Positions 55,377 through 64,000 of a stretch of DNA of 64,000 nt are shown piece by piece. Numbering within the stretch: position 1 is the stretch's first letter; every line of letters begins with the position of its first letter. Where the stretch lies: the IMG/VR virus record IMGVR_UViG_3300033122_000343; one strand, 5' to 3'. The position numbers were made by a program, and so were the translations under genes. The notes under the pieces were generated by a model. That model saw nothing but the letters and a program-made list of their open reading frames with translations. It was not told the DNA's origin and made no database searches. The stretch is from a virus (lineage: Duplodnaviria; Caudoviricetes).

Positions 55377-58300
55377 GTTCCTACTCCTTCTTGAACCACT
55401 AGACCTAGACCTTGAGGATCTGCGATTTTCCCTACTTCTTCTTTGCCTTTCACGGTATCTTCTTCTTCTTTCTTCCCTTCTTCTATTAGAAGGTCTTGGT
55501 CTCGCAGGTACGGGTTTTGGTTTTGGTTTTGGTGTAACTGGAGTTGGAGGTGTAGGTTTAGGAGTTGGTGGAATTGGAGATGGTTTTGGTCTTGGTGCTG
55601 GTTGTATAATAGTCTCAGTGACTTTCCTAATTTTAGTAATATTAATTATTACTATTGGTGGTGGTGGTTCAGGTATTGGTGGTGGTGGTGGAAGTGTTTT
55701 TCTCTCAATGATAGTTGTTGTAACTATAGATCCCTTAGACAAGAAGTTTGAAATTGCTGAACTTGGTGATGGAGACAACACTTCATCAATAGATCCAACT
55801 GCTTCTAAAGTAGATGATACTGTTACTTGATTTGTTCCATTAGAGAAACTAAGGAATTTATCATTAGGTATAAAAATACTTCCCGATACTGTGCCTTTAT
55901 CATCAGTTATTAATCTTATATTTTTTACTGTGGCTTGTGCTCCACTCGTTTCTCCAACTAATTTCATCCCTACTTCAACAAAACCACTGTATCTTTCATC
56001 GGCTTTGCTATTCAGACTATTAATATCAACATTAAGAATTTCAGTTGTATCACTGTAGGATGAAGATAATCCAACATTTGGATTGTATGGGTTTACTGAA
56101 TAAAATGCAGTAGGATTTAGATATGGTCCGTCTTTATGATTTGGTGTTGCTAATCTAAACCTTATTCTTTTTCTTCTTTGATGAGTGTTTATTGAAGTAA
56201 CAACTCTTTTATTACCTTGACTAAAAGTATTACAGGGAGTAACTATATTATTTAAAACCAAACCTGAGACAGTCTCACCCGCTATAAATGAACCTGAGAT
56301 AGGTGTGACTTCAAGTAATTTGGGTGTAGTAAGTTTTCTTCTCTCTGACATGTCAACTCTAGAGAAGAATGTAAAGAATTTTGTACTTGGTTTTAATCTC
56401 GTACCAGTAAATGATATATTCTGACTCCTCATGTTGGGTATAGCAGAAGTAGAACGTCTTGTTAAATTTGCACCTGTAGTTGAGTAACCACCATCTTCTC
56501 TAGTCACCCTCTGTTGAGTAAATGTATCTGATGTAGGATTTAATTTCAAAATTCCTTTGTAAGCAATAACATTAAATGGATTTAAATTAATAGTTCTGCT
56601 TGCAAATGTATTTTTTGCATGTTCAACTTCTTGATACTTCAACATTACAAGATTATCTTTTTTAGTGATATCATCCGATCCTAAATCTGTTACATAACGA
56701 GGATCTACACTTAAATCAGCTGCACCTCCTATTCCTATAAGTGCATTGGATCCTATTAAAAGATCAATACTATCAAAATTTCTCTTAGGTCCTAATACTG
56801 AACCAGCTTCAGTATTGTATAAGTCATTGTTAATTTCTATACCACTATCATCTTGTACTTCAAAAGTTGTAAAATTATCAACTACAAATCCTGATTTGAA
56901 TCTATCAAGACCTGTAGATGGATCTTGCATAACAAGTGATTCTGTTTTATTTTCAAGTAATGTAAGTGACGTAAATTCTTCTAAATTTTCAATACGATTT
57001 TCTAAAATACCAATGTCTGACATCGTGTATCTTTTATTAGATCTATCAACAATTGTAATGTCAGTATTTACATCATACACATATGGTTGATACGTAATTT
57101 CTGCTAATTCAAACTGATTTTCAGGTGCCTCTGGTCTTACAGGTTTTCTTCTAGGTGTTCCTGTTGTAAATGTAAATTCTCCATCTTGATTTAAAAATAA
57201 TCTATCAATTCTACCAACATAATAACTATAGTCAAAAACAATATTTTCATCTGTGACTAAGACATTAGGGACAGATTGACCAGACCCCCCAAAATTTCTT
57301 GATGACCATTCAAATGGTGATAATGAACCAGAATAATCTGCTACTCTTGGTCTAAAATCTACAACATCGCTATTCCTTATATTATCAAAACTTAAAAGTT
57401 TATCATACAATGTTCGATCATAACTATTGGCAGTTATTAATTCTCCAGTATCCAAAGAATTAATTATAAATTTGTCAAAATATATTTTTAATTTTTTAGA
57501 TGGTGTTGCTGTTTTTTCTCTTCTTATTAATCTAGAAAAATCATAAAATTCATCTCTTTGACCATTATCAACATAAAATGAATCTCTAATATCTTTATCA
57601 CCAGCAGAAATACTACTAATAATTGCAGTAACTCCACTCTCAACAAAAGTTACTTCTTCATTTAATATAAATTCATGTTCATTTTTAATAAGATATAATA
57701 CGTTAGTTGTTCCAGATTTTTCAAGTACAAGTCCAGCAGAACCAGATACGCTTCCAATAAAAATTTCACCTACTAATACATCCGAAACATTATTATTAGG
57801 ACCACTAAAAGTATTAAGTGTAATCGTAGGAATTGTTGGATCAGTAGATGATGAAGATTCAAATACTGCATGTACCTCTAATACATCAGGAACATTAAGT
57901 GATATTTCTTTATCTTGAACTCTTAAACCATATATTTTTGAAAAAGTTAAACCATCTTGTATTGATGTCGATACACCTGAATATGTAAGATTTGATTTAT
58001 CTACAACTAAAGATGAGCATCTTTTTAGTACTTTATTTTTTGACTGTACTTTTGATTTTTGCTGTGTAGTTATTACAACTATATTGTTTTTTGACGCATC
58101 TAAACCACTGATTGTTACTCCCTTACCACCGTTTGTAAGTGCAAATTGATCAGAAGTTAAATTTTCAATAGTGCCATCTTCATAAAATATAGAATATCTC
58201 TCAACGTCAAATCCAGCATATACAAATTCTGTGCCACTTAATGAGTCTAAATCTAACACACCTAATGTATTTGTTGTTTTACCTCTTTGTTCTTTTTTTA

Positions 58301-60359
58301 CGAATATATCTGATATAGTTAAATCAACTGATTCTATATTTTTATCAGGTAATGGTGCATATAAAAAACCACTATTTGAGTTTTTTACTATTGTAGATAA
58401 AACATTTAAACCTGAAATATTAAGTTCAAGTGGTATTGGTAAATTTCCTTTAGCAACGCCAACAACATCTGCAACTGCTTCTAAGGTCATACTTTGAGCA
58501 GTTGGACTAACAGTTTTTACTTTATTGTATACTAATCCCTGAGAAGAACCATATGATACAATATCACCAGTTTTTATACCAGAAGTCCATCCACCACCTG
58601 TGCTTGTGATTGTTGATATTGCAGGAGAACCAGAACCAGGTGTAATGTTAAATGATTGACCACCAAAATTTATTTGATTTTTTAAAAGTGTATCAGCACT
58701 AAATGTTTGAACTCCAACTTCTTGTCTTATAGATTTAATATCACGGATACTAAACTCAGTAATTTTTGTTATTATTCTCCCATTACTGATACCATCTACA
58801 CTTATTTGCTCGTCAACAGTAAAATCTCCAGATGTTTGATGTAATGTAAGTATTTTTCCACTTACACTTCTCAAAAATCCTCTCGCTCCAGATCTTTTAC
58901 CTTGAATTAATGCTGGTGCTGAAACTGATAATGTTTCATTTAATGTTATCTCAGTATCCGTCTCTACATCAAATAAGAATAGATCAAAAACCGAAGCAGC
59001 ATTTGAGTATGCAGAGTCAGTTAATTTAAAATCATATACTCTTGCTCTACCTATCGATTGTCCTGCTGGTTCGTCACGATCAGTGCCCAATCTATCACTA
59101 CGAAGATCTACATAACCTGTAGTGGCAACACCTACACTTGCCCCTCCATATACATTATTAACTTGAAATCTATTTCCTGCTTGAAATGGAATACTTTGAC
59201 TGAGAACAGTTTCAGTAGTTCTTGGTTTTGGAGCATCAAGAAATTTAGTAACTTTTGTGTCAATTTCAAATCCTTGTACAAAAGCAGAACCTGATTTTAC
59301 AGAGAAACATAAAAGACCATAATCTGGATTATTACCAAAATCAGTTGGTTCATTTGCAAAATATACACCGAATTGTGAATGTCTATCATTTAATGATTCC
59401 CTTGGTTCAATTACAAATTTTCTTACATAATAATTTCCACTTTCTTTAAAAGTTCTTCTTGCTAATTCATCTGCAAAAACATTATATTGTGTTTGTGTAT
59501 TAATTTCCTCTATAAAACCTTCATCAAATCTAACTAGTTCAATAAAATTTTCATCTGTATTGCTAGTAGGATCTTTTTTTGCAAGTTGAAGAGATATCTT
59601 TAATCTATCAGCACCTGGTGCAGAATAATTTGAAGAACCAGTAGCATTATCATATAATGATGAATCGTTAACTGATGTGACTATTTCTTCTTTAACAATA
59701 AAACCAATCTTATAAGATGGTTCATTTGAATATTGATCTAATAAAATAGTTTGATTTTCAACAGCAACAAAATAACCTCTTACATAATAAACTCCTTCTG
59801 CAACTGAAACAGATGATCCTGTTCTTATACAATCCTCACTTATAGTTGTAGCAAAATCGGAACCTGCTTCAATAGTAGTATTTCCATATTCAATATTTGA
59901 TAAAACAATTAAATTTTCACTGTCTAAAAATTGTGTTTCTGTAAAATCTATAGTATCTGATTGTTGATACTTAATATAAAGAGTTGTTTTATTTTCAAAA
60001 GAATCTTCAGCCGCTAAAACTTTTTTAACAACTGCAGTTATTCCTGATTCTGCACCCTGTATTTCTAATCCAACTAATTTATCATAGTATAATTCTACAG
60101 GAACTCCGAAAAATCTTGGTTCTATAAGTACACAAAAATACTCATTATCATAAGAAACACCACCAGGTATTACAACTGATCCATCTCTGAAAAAGTGTTC
60201 TCCAAACTTTGATACCTGATCCTGTAATATTGATTGTAAAGTTGTAAGTTCTCTTGCTTGAACAGGAGTTCCAGGTTTAAACAAAACTTTGCTAAAATTC
60301 TTAGATGGTGTAAAATCATCAAAGTAAGGATTAACATTTAAATTTGTGTTTAATGACAT
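55368..60359 (-). CDS. N-terminal part of VrlC/DUF4815-like large baseplate protein
   Basis: NLNVNPYFDDF, VLFKPG.PVQARELTTLQSILQ, APGADRLKI, LARRTF.ESGNY, NKRYTM.DI..LE.RI..LE, RFKSGFVVDNF. Confidence 0.88.
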   Translation of the reverse strand: MSLNTNLNVNPYFDDFTPSKNFSKVLFKPGTPVQARELTTLQSILQDQVSKFGEHFFRDGSVVIPGGVSYDNEYFCVLIEPRFFGVPVELYYDKLVGLEIQGAESGITAVVKKVLAAEDSFENKTTLYIKYQQSDTIDFTETQFLDSENLIVLSNIEYGNTTIEAGSDFATTISEDCIRTGSSVSVAEGVYYVRGYFVAVENQTILLDQYSNEPSYKIGFIVKEEIVTSVNDSSLYDNATGSSNYSAPGADRLKISLQLAKKDPTSNTDENFIELVRFDEGFIEEINTQTQYNVFADELARRTFKESGNYYVRKFVIEPRESLNDRHSQFGVYFANEPTDFGNNPDYGLLCFSVKSGSAFVQGFEIDTKVTKFLDAPKPRTTETVLSQSIPFQAGNRFQVNNVYGGASVGVATTGYVDLRSDRLGTDRDEPAGQSIGRARVYDFKLTDSAYSNAASVFDLFLFDVETDTEITLNETLSVSAPALIQGKRSGARGFLRSVSGKILTLHQTSGDFTVDEQISVDGISNGRIITKITEFSIRDIKSIRQEVGVQTFSADTLLKNQINFGGQSFNITPGSGSPAISTITSTGGGWTSGIKTGDIVSYGSSQGLVYNKVKTVSPTAQSMTLEAVADVVGVAKGNLPIPLELNISGLNVLSTIVKNSNSGFLYAPLPDKNIESVDLTISDIFVKKEQRGKTTNTLGVLDLDSLSGTEFVYAGFDVERYSIFYEDGTIENLTSDQFALTNGGKGVTISGLDASKNNIVVITTQQKSKVQSKNKVLKRCSSLVVDKSNLTYSGVSTSIQDGLTFSKIYGLRVQDKEISLNVPDVLEVHAVFESSSSTDPTIPTITLNTFSGPNNNVSDVLVGEIFIGSVSGSAGLVLEKSGTTNVLYLIKNEHEFILNEEVTFVESGVTAIISSISAGDKDIRDSFYVDNGQRDEFYDFSRLIRREKTATPSKKLKIYFDKFIINSLDTGELITANSYDRTLYDKLLSFDNIRNSDVVDFRPRVADYSGSLSPFEWSSRNFGGSGQSVPNVLVTDENIVFDYSYYVGRIDRLFLNQDGEFTFTTGTPRRKPVRPEAPENQFELAEITYQPYVYDVNTDITIVDRSNKRYTMSDIGILENRIENLEEFTSLTLLENKTESLVMQDPSTGLDRFKSGFVVDNFTTFEVQDDSGIEINNDLYNTEAGSVLGPKRNFDSIDLLIGSNALIGIGGAADLSVDPRYVTDLGSDDITKKDNLVMLKYQEVEHAKNTFASRTINLNPFNVIAYKGILKLNPTSDTFTQQRVTREDGGYSTTGANLTRRSTSAIPNMRSQNISFTGTRLKPSTKFFTFFSRVDMSERRKLTTPKLLEVTPISGSFIAGETVSGLVLNNIVTPCNTFSQGNKRVVTSINTHQRRKRIRFRLATPNHKDGPYLNPTAFYSVNPYNPNVGLSSSYSDTTEILNVDINSLNSKADERYSGFVEVGMKLVGETSGAQATVKNIRLITDDKGTVSGSIFIPNDKFLSFSNGTNQVTVSSTLEAVGSIDEVLSPSPSSAISNFLSKGSIVTTTIIERKTLPPPPPIPEPPPPIVIINITKIRKVTETIIQPAPRPKPSPIPPTPKPTPPTPVTPKPKPKPVPARPRPSNRRREERRRRYRERQRRSRENRRSSRSRSSGSRRSRNRD

Positions 60360-60362
60360 GTT

Positions 60363-61901
60363 TTAAAACTCTACAATAATTTTTATATCTTCTCTTTGAT
60401 TTAAAGCTCTCGTAACTTCTGGGCGATTATCAATGTAAATAATTTCTCCTGAGTATTTTTTAATTTCTGGGTTTGCAAGACCTTTTGTTAGTTGTTGACC
60501 AAAATAATATGTTTGAGAATTTATGGTCGTAGACAAACCAGTAAAACTAGTATCAATTTCAACTGTTTCAGTTCCTGAAGTAGTTGTTACGATAATATTG
60601 GTCGATCCACCTATATTAGGTTCGCTCGTAAATCTATTTAGACGGTATCCAAAGGTTGGTTTATCTCCAACAGAATTATTTGTTGATACACTTCTATCTT
60701 GCCAATATCTCATAAATTTTGATATTGGATCATAAGATATAATTTTTCCTACAGCAGTTGATCCTACACCTATAACTTGAGTTATATCACCATTTACTTG
60801 AACATTCATAGTAGTGGTCGCTGCACCAGTTAATCGCAGTCCGTACACTCCTGAAGCAGAAGATGATGTAAGTAAATTTGTTGTGTCATTTATTAGAGGA
60901 TTTTTTATAATACCAATACGAGCAAACTGATTTCCTATAGGAAAATCAGGGTTTGTTACATCACTATTTTCAATTCTTGAATAAATTAAAACTTTATTTG
61001 CACCTAATTCCTGATATACATCAGCACCATGTCCTCCCTGTGGTGGTATTATCACAGAAAATTCTGCACCAGATCCTGTCACAACTGAATCTAAATCAAG
61101 AGTACCGAATGTATAATTTGATCCTCCGTTAGTAACCTGAACATCAGTTGGTTTACCGTTTAAAAATGTGACTGATGCTTCTCCGTCATACCCATCACCT
61201 CTTATAGGAACATTATTTTTTGTACCATTGAATTGGTATGAAGCAGTTGCAGTATCTTCTATTACTATAACTTCAATTTTTCCATTTACAGCTACACTCC
61301 TTACATCAGAATTATTATCAGATGTTAGATAGTCATTGGGAATTGAAATATAATCTTCCGTATCAAATTTTATAATATCACTTGGTTTTATCGTATATAA
61401 GTATTTCCAAATATATCCATCTGATTCAAGACGTGGTTGTAAATCAGTATGTGTAGGTTCCTCTAAAGATGGAATACCTTTATTATTATTTGTAGGGTTA
61501 GTACCGTTAAATATACAGACATAAACTCTAAAATCAGAATTTAAAACATAAAAATTTGCATTATATAAACTTGGTGAATTTGTTTGAGGACTTAAATTGT
61601 TAATATTATAATCATGACGATACATTTCAAAAATTGTACCTGATGACCATGATATTTTTTTTATAACCCTTACTACGTCTGTATCATTTATTTTTTTTGC
61701 TGATATTAAAGTATCGTAAATGTCGTTATAATTATCAAAATTATCTATAGGATCTGGTGTATTAGTGTTCCAGTCAGATGCAATATCAGTTGCATTTGGC
61801 AAACCAATAAATGAATAATAACTATTTGTGCTTGTAGAAACACCCGCTAAAAAATTAGACGCACTTAGAACTCTTAATTGATCAGTTATGATCGCTGGCA
61901 T
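60363..61901 (-). CDS. gp8: Baseplate wedge protein
   Basis: MPAIITDQLR, FEMYRHDY, DGYIWKYLYTI, IIPPQGGHG, YSGEIIYIDNR, QREDIKIIVEF. Confidence 0.92.
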   Translation of the reverse strand: MPAIITDQLRVLSASNFLAGVSTSTNSYYSFIGLPNATDIASDWNTNTPDPIDNFDNYNDIYDTLISAKKINDTDVVRVIKKISWSSGTIFEMYRHDYNINNLSPQTNSPSLYNANFYVLNSDFRVYVCIFNGTNPTNNNKGIPSLEEPTHTDLQPRLESDGYIWKYLYTIKPSDIIKFDTEDYISIPNDYLTSDNNSDVRSVAVNGKIEVIVIEDTATASYQFNGTKNNVPIRGDGYDGEASVTFLNGKPTDVQVTNGGSNYTFGTLDLDSVVTGSGAEFSVIIPPQGGHGADVYQELGANKVLIYSRIENSDVTNPDFPIGNQFARIGIIKNPLINDTTNLLTSSSASGVYGLRLTGAATTTMNVQVNGDITQVIGVGSTAVGKIISYDPISKFMRYWQDRSVSTNNSVGDKPTFGYRLNRFTSEPNIGGSTNIIVTTTSGTETVEIDTSFTGLSTTINSQTYYFGQQLTKGLANPEIKKYSGEIIYIDNRPEVTRALNQREDIKIIVEF

Positions 61902-61924
61902 TACTTTCCGACTTTTTCATTTAT

Positions 61925-64000
61925 TTATGTGTAATCCAAGAGAAGTTTTTCTACTCTTTGAATTGTGGGAGCAGTTGAAAGACCTACTAGACCATTAAAT
62001 GTGTGAGCAGTAAATGCTAATCCTGATGCACCACCAGTAAATTTTGCCCAACTAAATGATCCGTAATTGTCATTAAATCCAGAACCAAGTCCCGCAGTAT
62101 TTAGATTGTGAGGACTTTGAACTTCAACAAATACTCTGACAGACTGACCTGAACCCACATTGTCATGATGTCTGACTTGATAAAGAGTATCTAAATTAGT
62201 TGATGTAAATCCAAGTGTTGAAACACCAGTATTAATCATGGACGTTACTCCTCCACCTATGTTTGAACGTGAAACTAAGAAATAATCGCCTGTTGATATT
62301 CCTGATTTAGTAACTCCTCCGAATGAGTTTTCTCTTAAAACTGAATTTGAAGGAATGTAAAAATTAAATTGAAATCCTTTAGCAGTTGTGCCAATACCAA
62401 TAATTGTCCCTTCATCACCCTCGACTGAAACTGAATCTATAATTTGAACAGGATTAGTGGTTGTAGTAGTGCCATATCCAGAGTTATTTTTTTGATCATC
62501 AACAATTCTAATTCCAAATGATTGATCTTCATCAACTTTAGTAAATCCAAGACTACTTCCACGAGCATAAAAAGAAACATCACCAACTCCTATACTTTTT
62601 ATTAATTGAGTTGCAGGTTGTATTCTAGAAGCGTAAAGATCTCTACCTTTTCCTATCTTATTACCCTCAACAAATTTATCTTCCTGTTGTTTAGTCCATG
62701 TTACAGGTCTTAAAGGTGATGTTTGTGCTGATATTCCCTTTTTAGTATATAAAGTAGTTCTTAATGTATCTCTTCTTTGTATTCCAAGAACCACTCTTGC
62801 TTCTTGATTTGTTGGTATAATTTGCTTACGATTTTTTTCGATAGTTATAGCATCACCTTTTTTTATAGTTTGTAAAGCAGTTGTTGTACTAACATCATCA
62901 TCGGTGCCTCGGTAAAATAAAACTTGCAAAGATGATCCAAAAACTGGTGCTTCAGTAAATTCTATTCGTGTACCACCATCAAAAACATACGATTTACCAG
63001 GTTGCTGAAGTACATCATTTATAAAAATAAGAAGAACATCTTTGACACTTATTAAAGATCCAGTTTTATGTTCTATACTTACGGGGATACGATTTTCGGT
63101 TAATGTAAATATTTTTTTACGACCATCAAATTCATTTGAAAAATCATCAAGAACTTGGAATTTTCCTAAAACCCACCCATTGAAGGTATCATCAGCAGTT
63201 TTTTCAACAGTAAATATGGCGTTTTTAAATGATGATCCTATAGAGGTCACGGTAGGAATACCTGTAAGAACTAATTCTTCACCTACTGTGAATCCATATC
63301 CTATATTTGTTAAATTATAAGAAGTTATACTCAACCCAAAACCAATCTCTACTGATACGGACGCTCCCACTCCAGTGCTTGAACTTAAAAGAATTTTATC
63401 ATCATAGGGAACGGGATCATCAAAAATGACTTGTGGGGGATCGGTAAATGTATAACCTACGCCAGGTGTATTGATAAAAATATTTTGAATGAATCCGTTT
63501 GCAACTGTAAATGTTCCAGCAGCACCAGTTGTTGAACTTCCTTTTTCAATATTTAGTCTGTAAGTTGTATTTGGATTTGTATAACCTCCTCCAGAAAATC
63601 CCATTGCAACAGTTATTGTTCCAAAACCAGATACAATTGCTGTACCGACACCAGTTTCTCTTTTTTGATATCCAAATCCTTCTGAATTTCCTAATGATAC
63701 AATTAATCCTTTTCTTGGAAGTTTATTTGCATTAACATCTTTTATATCAATAACATCACTATTATTACCAGTAAATGAAATAGAGGTAATACCAGTTGAT
63801 GTTCCACCAATAAATTTATAATCAGTCTCTGGTTTTTGGAAAATATTATTAATAAGTATTACACCAAAATCAGAAGTAATACCAGTGGTATTTACACCAG
63901 AACTTTTGATTGTAAATGTTTTTGCTATTCCAGTAAAGTTTTGAGAAAGATCGTCAATTAAAATGTTGCCAGTATAATCACTTCTAGTAAAAACTCTACC
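61925..64000 (-). CDS. 3' part of large baseplate wedge protein (gp7-like), runs off window
   Basis: Frame open from 64000 to stop at 61925; FDG.R..F.L, LIFINDVLQ.PG..Y, FYRG, YG.FSWAK; directly upstream of gp8. Confidence 0.8.
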   Translation of the reverse strand, partial: GRVFTRSDYTGNILIDDLSQNFTGIAKTFTIKSSGVNTTGITSDFGVILINNIFQKPETDYKFIGGTSTGITSISFTGNNSDVIDIKDVNANKLPRKGLIVSLGNSEGFGYQKRETGVGTAIVSGFGTITVAMGFSGGGYTNPNTTYRLNIEKGSSTTGAAGTFTVANGFIQNIFINTPGVGYTFTDPPQVIFDDPVPYDDKILLSSSTGVGASVSVEIGFGLSITSYNLTNIGYGFTVGEELVLTGIPTVTSIGSSFKNAIFTVEKTADDTFNGWVLGKFQVLDDFSNEFDGRKKIFTLTENRIPVSIEHKTGSLISVKDVLLIFINDVLQQPGKSYVFDGGTRIEFTEAPVFGSSLQVLFYRGTDDDVSTTTALQTIKKGDAITIEKNRKQIIPTNQEARVVLGIQRRDTLRTTLYTKKGISAQTSPLRPVTWTKQQEDKFVEGNKIGKGRDLYASRIQPATQLIKSIGVGDVSFYARGSSLGFTKVDEDQSFGIRIVDDQKNNSGYGTTTTTNPVQIIDSVSVEGDEGTIIGIGTTAKGFQFNFYIPSNSVLRENSFGGVTKSGISTGDYFLVSRSNIGGGVTSMINTGVSTLGFTSTNLDTLYQVRHHDNVGSGQSVRVFVEVQSPHNLNTAGLGSGFNDNYGSFSWAKFTGGASGLAFTAHTFNGLVGLSTAPTIQRVEKLLLDYT

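Noticed and set aside
214-63735. Numerous plus-strand ORFs in the track (e.g. 47673-48473, 48972-49811, 18315-18794, 19811-20074)
   Set aside because: Antisense shadows of well-supported minus-strand genes; no recognisable motifs
1-64000. tRNA or rRNA genes
   Set aside because: No cloverleaf or T-loop signature seen by eye in the short intergenic gaps; tRNAscan-SE would be definitive

Overview
Low-GC segment of a T4-like cyanomyovirus (Kyanoviridae-type), most likely infecting Prochlorococcus. This host call is an inference from a Prochlorococcus-style psbN C-terminus, multicopy-type hli genes and AT richness. Essentially all real genes lie on the minus strand. In transcription order (high to low coordinates) the window holds baseplate genes (gp7-like partial, gp8, and a VrlC/DUF4815-like gene split in two), a 1949-aa repetitive fibre, neck/terminase/tail/head genes (gp13-gp23, gp3), uvsY-uvsW-gp55-gp47-gp46, a host-like island (OMP-like gene, three hli, small ORFs), replication genes (gp45, gp44, dam, gp62, regA, gp43, uvsX, gp41), hsp20, psbN, mazG, four radical SAM genes, and several Lys-rich modular late proteins. 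The strongest leads are: (1) the split VrlC-like gene, whose junction has the hallmarks of T4 gene-60-style ribosomal bypassing (GAC-UAA in a perfect 12-bp stem and a matched in-frame GAC 93 nt downstream that restores the family motif); (2) late polyprotein-like genes made of small basic modules joined by putative gp21 cleavage linkers, two with capsid-targeting-like sequences; (3) a G-hydrophobic-x-S/T motif recurring through most virion proteins alongside several orphan radical SAM enzymes; (4) several cis-regulatory elements (an HLR1/RpaB box at hli, a thermometer-like hsp20 leader, a structured OMP leader, divergent promoters). All assignments come from motif recognition and synteny; no database searches were run.
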